A stretch of 21,260 nucleotides of DNA, taken from Catajapyx aquilonaris. Lineage: Eukaryota. Where the stretch lies: NCBI GenBank assembly GCA_000934665.2, contig JYFJ02001319.1, forward strand, positions 62,001-83,260, given 5' to 3'. Both the position numbers and the translations under genes were made by a program. A model generated the notes under the pieces. The model had not been told where the DNA came from. It ran no database searches and saw nothing but the letters and a program-made list of their open reading frames with translations. Of the stretch, positions 1-10,199 are shown one piece after another. The first letter of the stretch is position 1, and every line of letters begins with the position of its first letter.

Positions 1-3000
1 TTTGCGGTTTCTATTTGAGGAATTCGCTTCGTGCATATGCCTCACAGTATGCGGGTACCTATTAAACATAAAGATTAGATAGCAGGTCTTTAGATTCGCG
101 TTATCTTGGACGAGTTTCATATGGTTACTTGCCACGGACACTCTCAACTATCTCGATTCACCCACACCGACAAGAAAGGTTGCAAAGAGCACTCTCACTA
201 TATAGGCCTACTCAATATTTGCCAAATAGTGATACATGTGTGCAGCACGTTTTTGGTCTGATGCCTACGTAACTACTTTCTTGCATGGTAATGAATCACC
301 CCGCACTGTCAACTATCGCAATTTCACTGTCACGAGGGATGAATTATGTGTATAAATAATCCGCCTGAAATAAAATTATTCCATTGTATAATGCAATTTC
401 AGGTTAGACAACTGCTGCAAGGGGCGGTGGAGCTGATCCCTCAAAAACTGCTCTACCACTTGTGTACACAACATATTAAAAGCAAGTCAGTGGTAAGTTG
501 TGCTTCAGTTCTCTAGAACTGTTTGTATATTAATAATTCAAAACTATTTTTGATAGGTATCCTACATACCTATATCCAAATGCCACAGCATGCACTCATC
601 ATCTCATCATCGTAATAGTTATTTTCTCTGACGCATTCCTTTAGAACAGTTGCATGTGGCTTCAGTTGAACATGAAATCATTTCTTCACTATATGAGTAC
701 TTAAAAAATATTGCACACGTGCATTTGGCTATTCCGAGCCTGATTTTTAAGTGTTAGAATTTCCCCAATTTTGCGAAGCTAAATTTCGTAGGCCAAAAAC
801 AACAAAGATGTTTAACAGGTGTACTATCCTCTGCCCTGAGAGCGGAAAGGGTGGAGCGGGAGACCTCTACAAAAATTTAAAAACCTAAAACTTGCGTTTT
901 ATTAAAATTTGATCAGGGAAAACTACCCCCATCCCCAGCCAGCCGTTACTGATTGTGAGTGTATTCCACCACCAGACCAGCAGACAGTGATTTAGTGTTG
1001 GCTCACACGCTGAATGCCACATGAACATAACTCATAGGCCTAACGATTGAATTGTAATTTATATAACAGAATGGCTACTCACTAAATCTCAATATGCAGT
1101 TTCTCATACATACAATAACTATCAGCATACCGATTATTTATGTGCTGCAATTTAGATAGTAGGCCTGCAAGTCACAATAATGCCCACTGTGCATATGATT
1201 TACTGACAAAATTAAGAACTGATTTGTCTTATGTTAGTATGCTAGGGGCATATGCAGGCCTATGTAACGGTGCCGAATAGTGAGACGGAAAGATGGCTCA
1301 GTTTCTCTTCCTAAATTCCGGACGAAATTCATTTCCAGAGCGCGGGAAAGCAGGCAAGGAATTCGGGGTCACCGCCTCGTGTCAAAGTGCATTTTACTGT
1401 CATAAAGTCAACATCCCATGCGATATGATCGGTTACGGACGCCATTTTGGATTTTGCGCTATACGCATGGCCAATCCACCTCGGCCTGGCGGATCATGTC
1501 TGCACGCATTGCGCAAGGCCTGCGCCCTAAAACCGAATGACAGACTTGCTGTGACGGAACACACTCATATGTGAAATGGGAGGAACATCCCATTCGCTGA
1601 TTCACAATCATATTGCATCTGTAGGCTATATAAATCCCTTGCAAAATTTCGCCATATAATCATTCCGATTGGCCTAATTAAAGTAATTTTACCTTGCTGA
1701 ATTGCACAATGAATAATCCTGTGACTCTTACATCATCTAAAGTTTAATACCGTCAATTTCCTGCAGCCTACCAATTAATTCTGCAATTCAAAACTGTTAC
1801 CATTTTCCTCAACAAAGTCATATCTCTGAATAAGAATAGCGGTACCCTCAAATTTTCTCAAAAACACTTACGCAACCCCCGACGACAGTTTCTTCTCTGC
1901 TAATGCTACTGGAAAGATTACCGAAATTGCGTTTAGGTAATTGAGATAAAGCGAAGCAGGGGGAAACTCGGGAACGAAAAGACATAACGGAAATCACAAC
2001 ATAATGGCGCAAGTTTGCCGTGATATACGATGACATACCTAATGAAAACGCACTGCACTCTTTTCTCCGGCACATGCCAGGACCATGATTTGTGTAGACT
2101 GCTTATGCAAGTGAATCATATTGCAATTGTGCAACAACAGTTGCAGCCCCTGCTGACAAGAATGCGCCTTCGGGTACTGTCAATCAAACAACAAAATTAT
2201 GTTGCATCGGTAGACCTATCATAATAATGGTGAGCTGCTGGGGATGGAATATGCCCTTCGTTTCTTCTCCAACATACACACAGCACATAGGGCTCGTCAC
2301 ACTTTCCCACCAACAGATTTCACCTTTCATATGTGTACCCTACTCCTCTATCATCCACCTCTAGGTGAAATCTGCTCCTTTCTTTCCGTACTTTATCGTA
2401 TTGTAAATGCAAGCGATAAGTGGAACCGTGATTTTTTTGACGTGCACGCCCGCTTGATCGTAACTTCCAAACAATGTTTACATTACTTTTGAAAACTGCA
2501 ACCTGCCCAATGGATTTGTCTCTAAACACTACCATTACGGACCTTTCATACACTCTGCATAGCTAACCCCCTGGCAATTCCAACAAAAAACATGAATTTT
2601 GAAAGGCATAACTTGAATATGGGGGGGGGGATATCAGAAGAAGAGATTTGGAGAGCAAGCCTGGGAGGAGCTGAGGTTATAAGAATTCCTTGGAGGGTGG
2701 CGCCTTCTGGCAGACTTATGGACCCAGATGAGGGTGAAAGGAGCCTTATGTTTCCCTCCCAACTCCTATAAGACCCTGAGTTATGTCTTCTGCAGGAGCG
2801 ACCTTTTGGCTTCGACGGCGCCCCCAACTGTTTCATCGCCCGCATCCGAAAAAGCTCTTTTTTTCCCACGGCTATTTGCACCCCCACAAACAGGGAGGCT
2901 CCATTGTCCTCCATTATTGTTCCTGCATCTTCGCCTCCCGGTCAACAATCGGAGGAAGTCGCCCGATTGCAAGTCGCCAAACCGTGACGAGTCGCACACA

Positions 3001-4534
3001 AGGTCTTCTATGACACGCGTCTGTCACGCCCATTTTACATGCCTGCACTACACCTGCTGTGATCATGTCGAGTAATTGGGGTTGCGGACTGGAACAAAAA
3101 GAAGAATGGACTGGACCCTGTTTGTAGGTTGAATCGAAAGCACCGTTGTTGCCTTGTAATTTATCGGTCGCATTGGATCATAGATTTGTCAGAACATGGC
3201 CGAGTTGATTCTGCGCAAGTAATAAGATGGCGGCTGTCATTCGAAGGGGTGGGGGGGTGAGGAGGCGAAGACAAGGCAAATGGCTGCTAACGAGCGTCTT
3301 CCAAGAGACCTGGCTGGCAATAAAACCGCGTCCAGGAGACACTGAAGATGGATTTATTCGAATGGGCCCCCCAACGGATGGAATCTTGCATGCCAGCTTG
3401 CCCTCCATCATTTCCCCATACTGAGACATCCTGCCCACGTGGGCACTTATGTGTTAGGCCCGAATTAATATAAAAAGCTCAATCCGGAGCTGGCTCGGGT
3501 GCTAACGCTCTTTGGCACCGAGTAAACTCAGTTTGCACCTAGGTCCTAATTGCGACTCACTATATACATGCCACCCACACTGCAAGCGGTAATATCCAGG
3601 TGCTTCACCTCAGCTTGCATTTATATGGCCCATGCTCGTGCGGTGTAACAAAATGCCAGCGGTCCTTTTTTTTAAAACTAAAAAAAAAAATCTCATGCAA
3701 TATTCAGAAATGGCGCAGTCCGATTCAATAAGAGTTGTATACGAGGCCGTTGCTTTTGCCAATACTTTCCAAATTGTTGTTTGGCCATCCAATTCGGAAT
3801 CAATACAACAATGCATTACTTATGCGAGTTATACTTCGCTCTCAACCTGCCAATCTGGCTGCAATTTGGTTGTTACAATGCGAAACTGACAACATAGTTT
3901 GTCCGGCGACGAGGTAACATGCGAGTACGAAAATATATATTAAACGCGCTATTACTACAGGCCCATTTGCATAATACCTGCTCAACAATGCCGCCCCTTC
4001 CCAATTAGACCTATTTCCGTGCATTATAAAGACCACACTCAAATTATGAACGCATTATGAGCATATCCGCCCCCAAAAACACAACCGGAACATACCGGGT
4101 CATACCCGATATTCGTATATAATTACCCCCCTCTCCCTTTACGAAAATGCCCTCCGGATTCATTACTTACGGTCGGCAGGTGTCACTTGGACCCCGCCTA
4201 ATCGCAAGTTACGGCCTATTATCATAACGTTAAAAAAATCTAAGCAAAAGGTTACGCTCCCCTTGCATTATCCTGCCAGCTCCAAAGTGCTCTTTATGGC
4301 CAACTATTCGGTTTCAACACCGCGCCGATAAGCCTTCCCACCACATAATATACGACAGTTTCACCAACACGTATGATTTACCACTCACTAACAGGGTGTG
4401 TCAGAGAAAAATCAATTCGGCCTCTGCCGACACGGAGGGGGACGGTGGGAAAATTCAGGCGGCGAGTCACGCCTGGGTTGCCCGGCAACTTGGGAGCCGT
4501 TTTCCCCTACACTCCGCGCAAGTTTGAGACGGAT

Positions 4535-4637
4535 TGGTACAAAATGGGTAGGAAACTTATGGCTACGAAACTGATGGGTACGAAATGGGTATGAAACTGA
4601 TGGGTACGAAACGGGTGCTAAAACTGGTACGAACCTG
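4535..4637 (+). repeat. Degenerate tandem array of 11-15-bp TGGGTACGAAAC(TGA) units
   Basis: About 7-8 variant units. Exact 19-mer GAAACTGATGGGTACGAAA at 4567-4585 and 4593-4611. Confidence 0.8.
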
Positions 4638-4740
4638 TGAGGCCGACGGGTATGAGTAGCCGAACTGGGTGTAGGCCGACATGGCGCACGGGAGACTCAC
4701 GGCCAGTCCACGGTACCCATCCGCCGACTTGCAGGTCTCC

Positions 4741-4849
4741 CCCACCTCCTGCTCCTCCACCTCCACCTCCTCCTCCCCCTTCTCAAAGTCCGGTTTAGCC
4801 AGCTGGTTATAATAATAGCCCCTTAAAAAACTGGGGTGTGTGTGTGTGT
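4741..4849. repeat. Low-complexity CCT/CCA tract and (GT)7 microsatellite
   Basis: CCACCTCCTGCTCCTCCACCTCCACCTCCTCCTCC at about 4742-4776; (GT)7 at 4836-4849. Confidence 0.75.
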
Positions 4850-5018
4850 ATGCTGCTCCCTGTCCCCCCAAACCCTGGGATGAATCCTCCAGAAAACCGA
4901 TGGTAAACCCCCCTTGGTAAACCGGTGGTAAGGGACAGGAGACTCTGGCACTGCGTCTGTCGGCTTCCGCTGCACGACTGCCGTCCGACTCACTCGGGGA
5001 AGGCCACTTGGGGAATTA

Positions 5019-5219
5019 GCCACGCCCCAAACCCCCTACTTTCCCCCTAGATCCACCCGCACCAGCCAATCACTGGGCGTTAAAAAGTATGCCCCGCCTT
5101 GAAGCACGTCCCACCTCGATCTGCATCTACGCCAATGCAGGACTCCGACACATCCAGAGTGGGCGGTCTTTAGGGCGTGGCTATTCCGCCCTTGGCACGT
5201 CCCACCAAAAGCCACGCCC
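5019..5219. promoter_or_regulatory. Cluster of Sp/KLF GC-boxes and CCAAT boxes (promoter-like or TE-borne)
   Basis: GCCACGCCC at 5019-5027 and 5211-5219, its reverse complement at 5173-5181, GCCCCGCC at 5091, GGGCGG at 5161, CCAAT at 5066 and 5132. Confidence 0.35.
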
Positions 5220-8200
5220 ATTTTCAATTTTTTTTTCCTCCAGGGACAGTGGGGGGGGATAGGGATAGGGAGGGGGGGAGGCGACACGGTTACTGTGGCG
5301 ACGATTCCCGGGCGATAATGAAGCCCCCCACTTAGGGCGACGCGATGCACGACAGGCCCAACATGATGTTCAATAATAAGCGTGGAAACTGGGCAAGGAG
5401 GGTAAACATTGTAAGATGATAAAAGGACAGGGTGTTCTCCCCCCCACTCTCTCTGGTTTTCATCACATGGGATACATTTGGGAGGGGGGGAGCTATAGGA
5501 CTACCAAAGACTAGAGTGTAATAGTCGTGTCACAGTCCTGTTTGTTTTTCCCTGGCCGCAAAACCGAGGCCCATTTAGGACTGCGCTGTTTTCGGTTTCT
5601 CCGCAATGTCTGGCACTTGTCCTGCCCACTGATTCGACTTGTTGGACTGATGGGGGAAGAGTGGCACGGGGGTCAAACCCGACGGTAACTTATGTAATCG
5701 AATTACACGGTGCAGTACCGGTGCGACGGTAAACTCATTTGACGGATCTATTTGCTATCGATTACTCTTTCAGTGACGGGGCTGGATGTGGGACCAAGTG
5801 TGTGATGTATCCTAGTGCGTTTAATTTTCAAGTACGTCGGTTCAATGCCAATCATTTGATGTGTGGGATATAAAATTATGTCGATAATATGTTTTATGTA
5901 AGGTACGTAATATGGTATGTTTCAACTATTTGTATATATGAACCCAGGTGATCACACACACTAATTAATTAACATATTACGCCTCATCTGCATAGGAAAA
6001 TAGGGATAGTTGTGATAACTGTGGCGCCAGGCTTATCATGGTTGACCCTGAAATTGATGCTAAATTATTTTATTAGTGATGAGGGTAATTGAATAACTTT
6101 ATTCCGGTTGTACTAATGCTATACTCTAACCCGAGGAGGTTTTCCTCGCTGCTTTGAAAAACCATTAGACAAAGGGACACCAGATGCAATTGAATTGCAC
6201 TGTAATATAGATCTTGTTAAAGATATCCAAGGCAGGTAAGTTGCAATAATATCAGAGGTTGTCGTTATAATTTATTGCCTGTAAGTAACTAACAGACAAC
6301 TTTAAAAAACAAGTTTAGCATACATTTGTGGTGTTACAGAAGGCCCTTAAAATTGACACAGCCTTCTATTTATAGTACGTATTAGGTAAGTACGATAAGC
6401 TTTCTGCATCAGTTAACACACTGATAGTCTAAGTTATTAATATTTCAGCAATAGATCGACTAAAAATCACCTTTCGCATGTTTAAAGTCATTTCTATATA
6501 AGCTTAGCTATGTAGGCTACAATAATATCGTATCATCGTATGTGATCCATTTTGTAATAGCAACAGATGAAAAGGTCCCTTCCACCATCGCAATAGGCTA
6601 TAATTATAGAATGCCTGCTGTGATCATGTTTATTGGTGCTGCGAACAATATACAAAGAGGTAGCAAATGACACATCTGCCCATCTATTCTGTCCGGATGT
6701 AGAGCATCAAGGTCTCATTGCCGACAAATGTGCATAAGTCATGCTCAGAAAATTCTGCCTCGTATTATGCCAGTTTATCTCGTTTATTAACCTCCTACAG
6801 CATTTGCCTTTGTGCAATACAAGCTGTAGCGTTTCAAGGATACGTAAGTTATAAAAATTAATAACCCGTTTCGTCAGTTGTTATCGGTCGTAATTTCCCT
6901 TGCATTTGCACAACTCATCTTGGGCCGTTTTACACACCCTGTGGGCACCTATCTGCCAGCAGCATTACACGTGCAAGCTGCAGTATAATTACACAGCATT
7001 TTAAAGAACTCATGCATTTGAATATGCGCCCTTGTTAACTCATATAAAAAAGACGAATCCACACCAGAATAACTTGAAAGCTGGTTATAAACCCTGAGCT
7101 ATCCGGATAGTTGGATCCAGAGTGGAGGGCAGCATAGCAGATAAATGCGTGGAAATGGATCGAGAAGTTGCCCGATAGTTCCGCGTGGACGAGCAAGCAG
7201 ACAGAGAAGCCATTAGGAAAGAATGCTGGCGTCGCCACAAAGTGACCCTAATGGCACTTCCCCAACGACCGTCATCAGTCCAGCACCAGCCAGGCTCCGA
7301 TAGACGCGCCCGTTTTATGACAGTGCGAGACCAGCGGGCATGAATATCAGCATCGTACCAGAGCAATGATGTCCCCCGTTTACACGTGTCATTGCTGATA
7401 ACTCATCCATTTGCTGATGACGCCCAATCTGCTTGTACAACGGTACATCGAGAGATTCCGACCACAAATCAAATGAACAATAATAAGGAGGTTGAAAAGA
7501 CGAAAGGCGTGTTTGCCCTTGCAAGCACCTGCGGCTGGTATATAAGTGTTGCGTGAGTGATGGCAAGCAGCTCCCTGCCAATTAGCTAATAGGACAGGGA
7601 TCACAGTTTGCGTTTTCACTTCCGGCCACAAAGCGTCACTGTCGCTACCTGCCCTCCTTTGTCACGATCCTTTCCACTAGGTCCTTCCAGAACCAAATGT
7701 GAGCGGATTAACGGTCGGTATACTGATGAATACAGACTGGTAAAGGAGTGATCAATGAGCAAATGGATTCCGCGGGGGATAATTAGAGCCTGGCCGGGGC
7801 AACCACGCGTCGCCACGCCCCGGAATAAAATCAAAGAGGACCCCTTTCTGACCTGATCTTGCAGCACCCAGCACCGCCATTCGATTCATTTCCCTCATGG
7901 CCCCTTTGCAGGCGGGGGACCCCCTAAATGCTGCCCCAGAGAGGGTGTGGTTTCATGTCAATTAATTAGCCCTGGGCATTTGATTCCTTTGTGAACCAAG
8001 TTTCATGGTGGCCCTACTCCTAATTGATAGTTTGTCAGTGACTAAGGATATCAAAGTTTGACAAGTTTTGAATGAGCTCGGCTGATTGGACCCACACCTT
8101 TTTGTGTGTGGAGCCTGCGTCATTAAGTTATTATCCAGTGTTGGATATGATGTGGAAGGCCTGTACACCTGTTGTAAACACGGCGTGGTAGCAATCGAGA

Positions 8201-9872
8201 AACACAAATTTTATTATAGTTTCAATCAACCTTAAGCCACTTTTGTGGGCATGATAGGAACTCTCACATATAGTCTAAGGGCAGGTGAAGAGATTCCTTG
8301 GCCTAAAGTCTAAATTCCTAATCATTTTTGTCAGGGATGTTCACTGCGGAGGCAAAGTTTAAGTTTTGATAATATCCTGCTGTTAGACCTCAAAGTTACC
8401 ACTCATGTCAGTCGCGTGATATAATAATCATTAGATATTTTCTACCATATCACCATAAGTTAATTATCATCACACGATGTAACGGCGATTCAATTTTTTA
8501 AAAAATATGAAGACTGCATATTGAATAGCTCGACTCTGATCCTAGTAAAACCTGCAGATGTGGTTACTGTGCAATTTTAATTCTAACTGCAATTATACTG
8601 TATTAGGTGCAGTGCAGGAGGTATTGTTATATACGCTGCCTTCCTGGTGTTACGATATGATATTTGATTTCGAATTATTTCTGTATCACAGGCTGTTGAC
8701 ACCAAATAATTGATATCTCTACATACACAAGTAATTTTTCAGTTCCCAGGACACCCCTATGCAGCAGTTTGTCTAAAACATTATAAAACACCCTGTATAT
8801 ATAAGTGATGAGGATAATATGCGGTGATGATTTCGCATTCTTGTAAGTATACGTAAGTGTATCACTGTATACGTATATATGTGCTGAGTAGTTTATTGCA
8901 TCCTGCACCATCAATTGTTAATGCCATGATTGTATGAGTGCACGTGACTCATTTCGATATTGGCCAGCCAACCCCAACCGATGACCAAGCTGAAAAATAC
9001 ATAAATAGGCATTCTTCTCCTCCTTATTTTATGCGAGTTTATAGACGGTGTGTGAAGATGAGGTCCAACATACAGTTCACCACAGACCCTTCATATCTTT
9101 TTCATTAATGCTATGGATTTTATGCAACTATTCCCCATTTCAAAACTTAGTGCTGCACCCAGGCTGCAACACTCTTATAGCACTCTTCAAATGTGTGTAT
9201 GAAATTAAGCATTTTAAAATTAATGACAGTGAGAAGTTAACTAGTGTAAGGTGTTCCATTTACTGAATCAGGGGAAGATAATATTTTTACTCAGGGCGAT
9301 GAATACGTGGAAGGATTAGCCACTCACACAATAATCAATATTGAAGGATTTTCCACATAGTACTGTATATGTATATATACACAGTAATTGAGATGTGAAA
9401 ATATGAGAATAATAATATTATGAAAGTATTCTCTTGGATCATTCTCATTTAAGCAAGACAAAAATGTGATATCTCCAGTTATTTTCAATTTTCAATTAAA
9501 TTCAGTGCCGTATCCAAGAGAATTTCATCATTGAAACCCCCCCCCCCCCTTTGCACTTATATTTTCCACTTATATGAATAAGGGCAAAAGTTTAAGGTAA
9601 TCTATATGCGGAGAGAAAATTATGAGTACCACGGTATGTAGAAAAATTCGGAATTTCAAATGAAAAACCAAGCAAAAAATGAAGACTCAATGAAGAATAC
9701 GTCGTCTTTATTCCACTTAATTATTAATAAATGGAAGTATTATCATTTTCTCTCCTATTTCAGTGGAAATTGACGAGATCAGTTGTATACATGATTACAG
9801 TCTATTATTTTGTGTTTGGTGAAGGGTGTTATATTGAACATATATTGTACAAAGCTAATATGTCTGAAACAG

Positions 9873-9974
9873 TTTCGGACTGTCAGGCTTATCTCAGCAT
9901 CAGAATTTGCCCAAAGTGTGGTCAATGAGGAGAAAGAAGACTCTGCTAGTGTGGTGACGATTGTTCACCCCAGG
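9873..9974 (+). other. Candidate orphan coding exon (102 nt, phase 0-0)
   Basis: GCTAAT branch-like motif, then AAACAG|, an open frame FRTVRLISASEFAQSVVNEEKEDSASVVTIVHPR, then |GTAAAG. The polypyrimidine tract is weak and no partner exons were established. Confidence 0.25.
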
Positions 9975-10169
9975 GTAAAGGCTGGCCAAAACTTTTCTTG
10001 ACAAATAATATAGTAGGAAAAATATTAAGACAAAATAAGACAGGTAAAAAGTGTAAGTCAGTGAAAATATATAACTATTGTCGAGTATCTGAAAGTGTTC
10101 TGTAACTTACCTTATGGGCATAATAATTTTCAAGAGAAGTATACTTGTATAGAACAACCTTGTGAAAAT

Positions 10170-10199
10170 TCGCGACCCATAACAGTTTGGGAAGCACTG
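10170..10199. mobile_element. Isolated hAT (Charlie-like) terminal fragment
   Basis: TCGCGACCCATAACAGTTTGGGAAGCACTG has the CGCGACCC subterminal motif and a TIR reading CAGTGCTTCCCAAACT on the minus strand. The flank ATTTAGTG partly fits the Charlie target. No partner TIR found. Confidence 0.5.

Noticed and set aside
2631..3316. LINE-like peptides ISEEEIWRA (2631-2657) and QETWL (3302-3316), plus KMWEALEE near 12477
   Set aside because: They are isolated short motifs in the wrong order for an endonuclease-RT ORF, and the flanking conserved motifs are absent.
4535..4690. CRISPR-like array
   Set aside because: Units are short, degenerate and adjacent with no spacers. There are no cas genes and the context is eukaryotic.
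6211..6241. Micro-exon ending CAG|GTAAGT
   Set aside because: The donor is good but the acceptor is weak and no gene context supports it.
3053..6629. 16-bp direct repeat CCTGCTGTGATCATGT at 3053-3068 and 6614-6629 as a TSD of a 3.5-kb insertion
   Set aside because: A single 16-mer match in 21 kb is only mildly unexpected, and no element termini lie inside it.
7099..7110. Perfect palindrome CTATCCGGATAG
   Set aside because: Several 12-bp palindromes are expected by chance in 21 kb.
9503..9555. MITE-like start CAGTGCCGTATCCAAG with a C13 run
   Set aside because: No matching inverted end or TSD; too short to call.
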